Below, piece by piece: positions 1 through 9,157 of a DNA stretch of 20,000 nucleotides. The stretch's first letter is position 1. Every line of letters starts with the position of its first letter. Made by a program: the position numbers and the translations under genes. The stretch is from assembly GCF_000281045.1 (NCBI RefSeq), contig NW_008246144.1, forward strand, positions 225,307 to 245,306, written 5' to 3'. The notes beneath the pieces were generated by a model. It was not told the origin of the DNA. It did no database searches and saw only the letters and a program-made list of their open reading frames with translations. The stretch is from Saprolegnia diclina VS20. Its lineage: Eukaryota.

Positions 1-1686
1 TCCCATGTACATACCGTTCAAGAGAGCGTGCTCGCGTCATTCGAGTAGCGTTGGATCGACGGATTTTGGTGGAACCAAGCTGGCGAGGTGGACCAACTTT
101 TTGGCGCGGTGGCAGAGATAAGGCAAAGTCACAGGGCCATGTCACGTTGTCCTCGCGCGCAGCGGACTATTTTGAGCATCGAGCTGCTGCAGCGTGAGAC
201 TGTTGAGCAGCGAAGGCAGGCCGTGGAGCTCCACCATTTGATCGCGTATCCCGTCGTCGGGCAGCAGCAACAGCCCGACGTTGCAGTGCCACTCGGCGCC
301 ATTATGGAGCTATGAGCTCCACCATGAGACCCTGTCGGCGTTTTACAACCGACCCGTCCACAGGAAATGCGCGCTCACCAAACTCCGAGCTTGCTACTGC
401 TTGATTGCGCTCGATCCAACGCCCCAACATGAAGAACTGGTACGAGTTTGCCTTCTTGTAAGTGCACCCGAACCCAGCACTCGGTGTTTCTACGGCGCTT
501 TTGAAGGTCGCCATAGACGCCTTGGCGGCTCTGCGCGGCAAAGTCAGCTGAAACTGCTCGGTAGCGTGGTGCGGCGGCAGCTCGAGCTGCTCCCGGATAT
601 CGACATCGATGCGTGCGCGAGGAGTGCCGACCGCAAATCCCCAAGCCCATTTAGAGCACAATGATGGAGGCGTGTCGTCAGTTTCTCAAGAACAACTCGC
701 AGAATGTGGTGTCTTCCCAAACTGGACGTTGATGTCAAGGTTGTTCTTATTGCCAGAACAGACCCTTCGCCATTACCATGGCGACACCGTGAAGTTGTAT
801 CTGCTGGCCCGCTCCTCTTCACGATACCGCGCCCGCACTGGACCGACAGAGATTATCGTTGCCACTCTGTGTCTGTTCAGGTTGCGACGTATCCGCTGCT
901 AAAACGCGCAGCCGAAGGTAGTCAGCCATGCAAACCTGCTCGACACACTCGATTCGGTGCTCCAATCCTAGCCACCACCCGTGCTTCTAGTCGTTTGGCT
1001 GTCCACCACCTGCCTTAGCGGAACGTCAGCGAAGGCTTGACTACGCAACACAAACTCAGAGCCGACGCCAGCCGGAAGACAAAACGCGTCGCGCTGTCTT
1101 CGCTACATCGCATCTTGCGGACGACGACAAGGAGCTGATCCCACCAGTGTATTCAACACCTCTTCGCTGCGTGCATTCGGGCACGTTGTCGCAAATCTTG
1201 TGCTGAGTGGTAACGAGCAATCCTTCGATATGACGTGGCGCAGCGAAATGATGTGCGAAGCAACCAATCAGGTTGCGCGATTGTGAAAACGTACCACCAT
1301 TTCAGCCAATAGCATCGCTTGTTGACAGTGCACAACGGCAACATGCGCATGATGCGAACACCAGACGGACCGGTGGCGCCATCTGCCCCAACAACATGAC
1401 GTTGATGCCAACGCGCCGTTCCTCTGCAGACGCCCTGTGTCCATCGTACAGTATATTCTTCTCATCCAGTATTGCAGTACGTTTAGAGCACAGATAGACC
1501 GCCGACCAGCTAACTATTGCGCTTCGTTGCTTTTCCCGTCGTTGATCGCCTTCTGATCGACACCCATGCAACAGCGTTGCTTGGCGCAGCGCGTGGTTTG
1601 AAAGAACCATCCGAGTGTCCCGTCACACTCGCCAGAAGGCTGCACCAGATTTTGGCTGAACCGACACCATTCGGTCCCACGGTTTC

Positions 1687-1702
1687 GATCATTCCGCACT
1701 TT
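1687..1702 (+). promoter_or_regulatory. Oomycete INR-FPR core promoter element
   Basis: GATCATTCCGCACTTT matches 14/16 of GCTCATTYYNCAWTTT and lies 10 nt upstream of ATG 1713. Confidence 0.7.
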
Positions 1703-1712
1703 GGATTTGGCC

Positions 1713-3521
1713 ATGTACTGGCGCATCACCGTGCCGGCCAAGACGATGGCCGAAGCCAAGGCCGAGCCGTGGCTCGTCGCGCTTCCGGGCCTCTTTGTAT
1801 GGCGCGGCGTCTGCTTCCGTCGATGGCACGCGCTCGCCGCGACCTTTTTCACGCAGGCGTGCTGCGGCTCCATCTATGCCTACCCGGCGCTCCTCAACAC
1901 TCTCAATCTGCATTTTGGCCAGACCGATGGCGCCGCCATGACGCGCATCATGCTCGTGGCCATGGCCTGCTTGGGCGTCGCCGGCGCACTCAGCGGGCCT
2001 GCGCTCGAGCGTCGCGCGCCGCGGGTTGGTATGTTTGCCGGCACGCTCTGCACCTGCCTCGGGCTGCTCCTCGCCCACATTGCGGTTCTCGTCACCTCTG
2101 AGGCACTCTTGATCCTCGGGTACGTTGTATATATGCACGTGCATCTTGTCTTCAACTGGTGCTGTAGCTACGGTGTGCTCGTCGGCGCCGGCGTCGGGCT
2201 GCTCGTCCTCTCGTCTATTGCGACCACGCAAAAGTGGTATCCCGACTACCGCGCCACGTGCATGGGCGTCGGCGTCCTCGGCTTTGGCGCGGGTCTCACG
2301 CTCTGGAACCGACTCTACGTGAGCCTCCTCCATCTCGCAACGACGACGGACGTTGTCACGAGTAGCGCCCAGCTGACGCATGTCTTCTCGACGGCCGTCG
2401 CCATCATCGGCCCCGTCTTGCTACTGAGCAGCATCGTTCTGCGGTCGCCGCCCCCGAACTTTGTCGTCAACGGCGTCGACATGCACTGCGTGGCAGCTGA
2501 CACATCGGCGAACGCGACGCAGCACCTCTTCGTCCAGGACGAGTTCTTCAAGGTCGGCATGACGCTGGTCAACTTTGACGCGATCCGCGCCTCCAACGAC
2601 GCGTTCGTCGGCACGGACGGGCACTACTACCAGCAGGTCAAAGCCCTCTCGCTCGCGCAGTGCATCTTCTCGACCGACTTTGCGCTGCTCTACCTCGCGT
2701 TCGCCGCGACCGTCGCGCCCTCCATCCTCTTTGTGTCGCAGCTCGTGCACATGACGGCCTACCACTTTACGCACAACGACAATGTGTCTGCGATGGCTTT
2801 CGCCCGCGTCCCGGTGCTTCTCAGCCTCCTCGGCCGCCTCGTCGCGCCACTCCTCTCGGACGGCGTCGTGCGCGTCTTCTACGCCAACCCGGCGTTCGCG
2901 CGCAAAGTTGTGCTCTTGGTGCTCCTCGGCGTCGAGTGCGCCATGCTGCCGCTCATCGCGTTCGCGATTACGAACGACGACTATGCGACATTTCAGATTG
3001 CTGTCTCCGTCATGACCTTTGCGACCGGCGGCGGCTTTGCCATCGTGCCGTGCCTCCTCAGCGATCTATACGGCGTCTACAACATGGGCACAATGTACGG
3101 ACTCCTCTTGACGAGCTGGTGCGGTGGCGTCATCGCGGTCGGCCTCGTCCTCACCGAGACCGACGTGGCCGACGCCTCGGCGCTCGCCGGCCTTCTTCAC
3201 GCGCTCTGCTACGTGCTGGTGGTGGCCTGGGCGCTGCTCTGGCTCGTGCGCACCAACTCGACCGACCGGTTCTTCCCAGGGTACCAGATCACGGCCTGCA
3301 GCCGCGTCCTTGTCCAGATCCCGTTCCGCCGCAACACGTCCGACACCCTGCGCGACGACGTCTCGTCCGGCGGCAGCATCGACAGTATCATCGTCCCACA
3401 ACAAGCGTCCAGCGGCAAAAGCCCGACGCGCAGTTCGTTCTTCCTCTGGGACGAGCACGCCGTCGTGCACGTTGGCTCGGGCGAGGCCAGTAGCATTACC
3501 GAAGAGGGCGCCGAGCACTAG
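1713..3521 (+). CDS. MFS transporter, OFA/OxlT-like family (paralog 1); exons 1713-2119 and 2168-3521
   Basis: Long hydrophobic ORF with MFS motif-A-like GPALERRAPR, QKWYPDYRAT and LSDLYGVYNMGTMYG. The first true ATG is at 1713, just after an INR-FPR (the ORF track starts at a TTG). A 48-nt GTACGT..TGTAG intron at 2120-2167 restores LILGYGVLVG, collinear with the paralog's FILGYGSCIG. Confidence 0.9.
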   Translation: MYWRITVPAKTMAEAKAEPWLVALPGLFVWRGVCFRRWHALAATFFTQACCGSIYAYPALLNTLNLHFGQTDGAAMTRIMLVAMACLGVAGALSGPALERRAPRVGMFAGTLCTCLGLLLAHIAVLVTSEALLILGYVVYMHVHLVFNWCCSYGVLVGAGVGLLVLSSIATTQKWYPDYRATCMGVGVLGFGAGLTLWNRLYVSLLHLATTTDVVTSSAQLTHVFSTAVAIIGPVLLLSSIVLRSPPPNFVVNGVDMHCVAADTSANATQHLFVQDEFFKVGMTLVNFDAIRASNDAFVGTDGHYYQQVKALSLAQCIFSTDFALLYLAFAATVAPSILFVSQLVHMTAYHFTHNDNVSAMAFARVPVLLSLLGRLVAPLLSDGVVRVFYANPAFARKVVLLVLLGVECAMLPLIAFAITNDDYATFQIAVSVMTFATGGGFAIVPCLLSDLYGVYNMGTMYGLLLTSWCGGVIAVGLVLTETDVADASALAGLLHALCYVLVVAWALLWLVRTNSTDRFFPGYQITACSRVLVQIPFRRNTSDTLRDDVSSGGSIDSIIVPQQASSGKSPTRSSFFLWDEHAVVHVGSGEASSITEEGAEH

Positions 3522-4156
3522 ACCTGTCAACATCTATTTACCAGCCTTTCATGTCGAGAGTACTAGTATATATGTTCTTATCGATCACCGGATGGGTACG
3601 TGGCACGCTGTGGGCAGAGATACTGTACACTCCCAAGTAACAAGCAACAACAAAACAAGGCGAACTTGAAAGGCTTTGCACGAGCCCGACTACACTCAGG
3701 AGCTAACTTACACTGTACGCTAGTACACTGCTCGAGAAACCTTCGCGCAGCATCGAAGGTGGCAGCTGCGCTTCCTTGCCCGGGCTACTCGCGATCACGT
3801 TGTCGAGGCTCACACCGCTAGCAGCCTCGATCTGCTTGAAGGTGCGTTACTACTGCGTGTGTCTGGCAGGAAGCAAGTCAAACGGTGAGGACTAGGGTAC
3901 CGTTTTCTGCCATGGGGTGCCAGAAACACCCCCTTTTCGTAATTCCTGCGGTCGGCGGCGGGGCGCCGGGGGCACGCTGTTTGCGATGCCATGGCTGCCT
4001 GCTGCTGGTACGTGCATCATAGAGTTGTGTATTGGTGGGCGAATCCATAGCGAGCTTGAGAAGCTCCAGATCGCATCGGTAAAAGAGTTGGTTGTCGTTC
4101 AAGGGGTGATTGCGACGACCCCGTTTTCGGATGGTAGCTTGGCGCTCGCTCGCATT

Positions 4157-4172
4157 GCTCATTCTGCAATTG
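4157..4172 (+). promoter_or_regulatory. Oomycete INR-FPR core promoter element
   Basis: GCTCATTCTGCAATTG matches 15/16 of the consensus and lies 3 nt before ATG 4176. Confidence 0.75.
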
Positions 4173-4175
4173 ACC

Positions 4176-5960
4176 ATGGACTGGTTCCTTCGCTACTGGA
4201 CGATCACGGTGCCGAGCAAGACGCCGTTCGAGGTCGCGGGCGAGCTCTGGCTCTTCACGTTTCCGTCGCCGTGCGGCAACGGCGAGCTCATGACGTGGCG
4301 CGGCCTCCGCTTCCACCGCTGGCACGTGCTACTGGCGACCTTCTTGACGCAGTTTGTTTGCGGCTTGCTCTACGCGTACATGAACCTCGCCGGTACGCTC
4401 GAGCTCCTCTTCTTCAAGACGGTCACGGTCGAGCACGTCGCGACCACGTACGGCGAGATCGTCGGTTGCGGCTTCCTCGGCGTCGTTGGCGCCATCGTCG
4501 GTCCGGCTCTGGAGCGCCGCCAGCCGCGCGTCGGCATGATGATCGGCAGCGTCTTCTTCTTGATGGGCCTCGTCTTCAGCCACATTGCGGTGCTCGTCGA
4601 GTCGTACTGGTTTTTCATCCTCGGGTACGGCTCGTGCATCGGCATTGGCACGATCCTCCTCATGCTCTCGTCCTTCTCGACCGCGCAGAAATGGTACCCC
4701 GACTACCGTGGCATCGCGATCGGAGTCACGTGCTCGGGCTTTGGCGTCGGCTTCTCGGGCTGGGCCGTCCTCTTCCTCGCGCACCTTGGCAAGGACAACA
4801 GCGTCAACACGGCGCCCTTGTATTCGATCTTTCTCATGGCCCTCGCGCTCTCCGGCCCGATCCTTGTCTTGAGCACGGTCGTCATGCGGTCGCCGCCGCC
4901 CATGTACATTGTGAACGGCCTCGACGTGCACTGCATCGCGGTCGACACTAACCTCCCGGGCGCCGGCTTTGTGCAAGAAGAGTACCTCGACTGCGGCATG
5001 ACGCTCGTCAACTACGACGCGATGCGCGCCGCGTCGCCGGGCACGCAGAGCTACTACTACCAGCAGGTGAAGGCGCTCTCGCTGCTCCAGTGCATCATGT
5101 CGACGGACTTTCTTCTCCTCTTCATCGCGTTCGCGGCCTCAGTGGCGCCCAACATCGCCTTCTCGCCGCGCCTCGTGGACATCACGGCCGCCATCTTCAC
5201 GCACGACGACACGGTCGCCACGTACGCGGTGGCGCAGAACACGGTGATCGCGACGGTCGTCGGCCGCCTCATTGCGCCGAGCATGTCGGACGTCCTCATC
5301 CGCGTCTTCTACATCAACCCCGCGTTCGCGCGCAAGATCGCCTTCATGTTCTTCGTCGGCGCTGAGTGCATCACGATCCTCCGCCTCCAGCAGGCCATCG
5401 AAGCGCGCAACTTTGCGCAGTACGAGTGGTGCACGACGATCCTCGCGTTCACGTGCGGCTGCGGCTTTGCGACGATCCCGTGCTTCCTCATCGACTTGTA
5501 CGGCGTCTACAACATGGGCACCATGTACGGCTTGATCATCACGAGCTGCTCGCTCGGCATCGTCCTCATCGGGTTCGCCTCGGCCAACACGGCGCTCATC
5601 AACCCAGTCGTGCTCGTCGACCACCTCGCCTTCATGGGCTACTGGCTCATTGCCTCGTGGTTCCTCATGTGGCTCGTGCGCACGAGCAGCGACGACCGGT
5701 TCTTCCCCGGGTACCAGATCACGCTCTTCAACAAGGTGCTCGTCCAGATCCCGTTCGAGTCCCTCAAAGACTCGATGACGGTCATCTTACCCGAGCACGA
5801 CCTCTCGAGCCCGCTGCACCAGCGCGCCGCGTCCTTCTACCAGTGGGAGAGCCACGACGAGGTGCGCGACTCGACCGACGAGTACGGCGAGCCCAAGCTC
5901 GTCTCGCTCTTCGACCCACGCAGCATGGACCCGACGCCGTCGCGCCCCGTGGCCATCTGA
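4176..5960 (+). CDS. MFS transporter, OFA/OxlT-like family (paralog 2), intronless
   Basis: Collinear with paralog 1 along almost the whole length (YWxITVPxKT, GPALERR, QKWYPDYR, RSPPP, GMTLVN, YYQQVKALSL, DLYGVYNMGTMYG, DRFFPGYQIT). ATG 4176 (MDWFLRY) directly follows an INR-FPR. Confidence 0.92.
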   Translation: MDWFLRYWTITVPSKTPFEVAGELWLFTFPSPCGNGELMTWRGLRFHRWHVLLATFLTQFVCGLLYAYMNLAGTLELLFFKTVTVEHVATTYGEIVGCGFLGVVGAIVGPALERRQPRVGMMIGSVFFLMGLVFSHIAVLVESYWFFILGYGSCIGIGTILLMLSSFSTAQKWYPDYRGIAIGVTCSGFGVGFSGWAVLFLAHLGKDNSVNTAPLYSIFLMALALSGPILVLSTVVMRSPPPMYIVNGLDVHCIAVDTNLPGAGFVQEEYLDCGMTLVNYDAMRAASPGTQSYYYQQVKALSLLQCIMSTDFLLLFIAFAASVAPNIAFSPRLVDITAAIFTHDDTVATYAVAQNTVIATVVGRLIAPSMSDVLIRVFYINPAFARKIAFMFFVGAECITILRLQQAIEARNFAQYEWCTTILAFTCGCGFATIPCFLIDLYGVYNMGTMYGLIITSCSLGIVLIGFASANTALINPVVLVDHLAFMGYWLIASWFLMWLVRTSSDDRFFPGYQITLFNKVLVQIPFESLKDSMTVILPEHDLSSPLHQRAASFYQWESHDEVRDSTDEYGEPKLVSLFDPRSMDPTPSRPVAI

Positions 5961-7036
5961 GCATGCCATCGACCTCGTCTTGTCTAGTCCTTTCTATTGA
6001 TTTTGTAATGCCAAGCGGTTGCAGCTTTGCGGTGTGGGCAGGGGTAGGGTAACTCAGGTCGCATGGAGGTGTTGCGGCGGTTTGACACTAGCAGCGCTAA
6101 AATGACTCTAGTCGCATGCACTCAACCAGTAGATGACTAAAGCTCCTTCATGCGCCGGCTTCGTGCGCGCAGCTGCCGAGTAGCGGGATCTGGTGCATGT
6201 TTGAGTCAGTTTTGAGAAATATCTCTAGCATCATACGGTTTAGAGGCTATCTAGTTTTATTCTTTGGATGGATGGATGTTTTATCGGTGGGTTTTTGGTC
6301 CAGAAATGGAGACAGTAGTGATAATTGCATGTATCTAGAGACGGTTTTGAAAGCATTTTAACTGCAGCTTCAACCTGGATCTGCAGTTGCCGATTTGCCA
6401 GCAGCAGCATGTACCTTCTCGTGAGCACCGAAGTGACCGTGACGACGGGTACGACGGTCGCCTTATGCAGGACGCTCGTCACTCATGACGACCATAGGCC
6501 CGACGATCGTCGGCGACGAAGCCTCCGACCCCGAGCTCATGCAGGTAATACGTCCATATCATGCGGGACCAACGATCCTCTGTAGACGCTGGGCGCGCGC
6601 CTCGTGCAGGCCAAGTGCCAAACCTACAAGTACGTTGCGGCGCCGTGGCGTGTGTTGATGGCGGCGTAGGCACTATACCGTCTCGGCGCCACCACGATCG
6701 GTGCTCGACAAGCTCGAGCGCCTCGGGTTTGAGATCTGCGGCATGAGCGGCCTCGGCCAATCCATCGTCTGGACTATGCGCAAGTGCTCGTAGCTCTCTC
6801 GCCGAGCAATTGCGAGCCTTTCATTGAATAGTAGTGTTTTGTCTTGTCGCCGCCTCCTACAGCGCTCTCATACCCGACTCGGTTTCTGCTTGGGCTCTGG
6901 TCTCTTGCTGGCGCTCTGGTCGCCGCTGCTGCCAGCACCAGCAGCAAATGCTGCAGCCCGAGGGCAACACTAAAACCGTGCATTGATCCGGATACGCTCC
7001 GGAACCCGTCGCGACGCCAAAGATCATTCTTTGCCG

Positions 7037-9102
7037 ATGGCCGATAGCCCAAGCGGCCCGACGTCCGACGATGCTCCGCCCTGGTCTCCGTCGACGGCCG
7101 TCGACGCGCCGCCAAGTGCTGCATCGACCGTGCTGGATGCGCCGCCGATAGCAGTATTGGTCTCGCCCGCTGCGCCGCTGCAGCTGCCGACCGCGCTGTC
7201 GCCCTCCTCGGTCTCGCACCGCCACCCGCACGACACATACGCGGTGATCACGCCCGTGAGCTCGCCCAAGCGATTGTCTGTCTCGAGCGCGCCGGCGGCA
7301 GAGCCAGCGCCAGCGGCGTCAACGTCGCCACGTCGTCCGCACTTGAACTTGAACCTCTCAGCGGTCGGCGTCGCCCGCCCGACGAGCGCCCGCGCCCTCG
7401 TGCCGTCGTCGAACGGGCGAATACGCAAGGTGACACGCGACATTGCGGCGCTGGACTTTCTCCAAAACATCCCGATGCTCTCCGAGTGCAGCCACCTCTC
7501 GGAGCACTCGCGCAAGCTCGGGCCGCTCTCGTCGCCTGACCACGACGCGCAGTCCCAAGAGTACCCGCTCGAGCTCGACGAGGTCGAGCAGTCGCTCGCG
7601 GGCCGGCGGCTGCCAGGGCCCGATTCGACTGTCGTCAACGTCTTGCCGCTCTTCCGGTACACATGCTTCAAGTGCTTGTCTCATGGGTCGCTAGGTATCG
7701 CTTGGCAACCAAGTACCCGGCTGCGTCTGCGGTCGTTCGTCGGTGGGAAGCCACAATGACAGAGAAGGGAGTTATCGACGGCCGCATCTTCCTCTCGAGC
7801 GGGAAAGGCTACCCTGTCGGCGTCTCGTCCGTCATCAAGGTAGAGGAAGCGGCTGCCAATGCCGCATATGCTCATACCACATACGTGTCTAGTACAATGG
7901 CACGGAGAAGGTCACGCGCGCAGGCGGGCGCAAGCGACTCCAGTCGATCATGGTCAGCGCCGAGCCGTACGACTGGCGCGGCAAGTCCTACTTCCGCCTC
8001 CTCCACTCGACGTGGTCGCGCTGCGACAAGGACCGCGACAGCCAAGACAGCCACCCGATCGTGCCTCTGTACGACCCCAACTTTCTCGACAACCCCGAGT
8101 ACGTTCCTCATGTTTCCTACATAAGTATCAATCTTTCAAATGCGCCAAGGTACCGCCAGGGGCGTCACAAGGACGTGATCCGCGGCGACCGCAAGGTGGG
8201 TCCTGTCGTGAGCAGTATCCTCCGCTTCGTCAAGCCCAACGACCTCAAAGAGGTTTTGTCACTGTTGAAAATGACATATCTTACGTAAAAAGTAGGAATT
8301 GAACAAACAATTTCGGGAAACGCACGTGTGGCTCGACGACTCGGAGCTCACGTTGAGCAAGATCCGCAACCTCAAGCAAGAGGCGCTGGCGATGGGCAGC
8401 CGGACGCACCTCGACATCTCGACCATTGCGCTCGCGTGCGTCTACTTCGAAAAGCTCGTGCTCAGCAACGTATCTATCCACCATTGGATTGTATCGAGAT
8501 GACTTTGGATAGTTTGTCCACAAAGCCAACCGCAAGCTGTACATGTCGGCGTGTCTCATCCTCGCGCTCAAGTTCAACGAGCCTCTCGTACGTGTGTATC
8601 CAACGATCCGAGTATCCATTGGATAATAGAACCGCGACGGGATTGTTTCCGTCATCAAGAAGCTGCTCGTGGAGATCGACCACGTGCACTCGCTGCCGTC
8701 CCGCGACGTGCTCACGGCCGAGTTTACCGTCTACGCGCAGCTCTCGTTTGCGCTGCACGTACCGCTGCAAGAGATTCAGGTTCAAAATCTTGCGATTTCT
8801 CGAAACTCAAAAGTCCTTAGCCGCATTTTGCGCGGCTGCTGCGCATGGTCGAGAGCAACCCGCGGCAGTACCTCGGCGAAGAGACCTTTACGATTTACTC
8901 CAAGCTCTTGCACGAAGAGAAGAGCTGGTACGACAGTGTCGCGGCCGCCGACCACTCGTACGCCGAGGACGACGACGAAGAAGAAGAGGAGGAAGACGGC
9001 ACGGACCTCGAGGGCGCCGACGACGACGAGGCGCGGGACCATTCGTCGCTCTTTCCCTGGAACCGCGTGTCGTTTGCGCAATGGTGGAAGGACCGCACGT
9101 AA
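7037..9102 (+). CDS. CABLES: CABLES-like (CDK5 and ABL1 enzyme substrate) cyclin-box protein, ~584 aa. Exons 7037-7656, 7695-7839, 7893-8098, 8150-8252, 8296-8469, 8513-8587, 8630-8779, 8821-9102
   Basis: Seven GT-AG introns (38, 53, 51, 43, 43, 42 and 41 nt) join the ORF fragments in frame. The spliced product has CABLES hallmarks: AALDFLQNI, YDPNFLDNPEYRQGRHK, FVKPNDLKEELNKQFRE, LTLSKIRNLK, TIALACVYFEKLVL, NRKLYMSACLILALK, EFTVYAQLSFALHVP..PHFARL. It has a Pro/Ser-rich N-terminus and an acidic C-tail. An INR-like GATCATTC lies at 7022. Confidence 0.88.
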
Positions 9103-9157
9103 TACCTCGTCTTACATGGATTTTGTATCAAGATAGTATCAAGATGTATGATGCAAA

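Noticed and set aside
1..1500. Short ORFs on both strands, possibly a decayed minus-strand gene
   Set aside because: No sustained frame, no convincing splice model and no recognisable domain.
1517..6052. Many 100-340 aa Arg/Ala-rich overlapping ORFs across the MFS genes
   Set aside because: Alternative-frame shadows of GC-rich coding sequence.
6200..6370. AT-rich patch with TCTCTAG/CTAGAGA inverted 7-mers, MITE-like by eye
   Set aside because: No clear terminal inverted repeats or target-site duplication.
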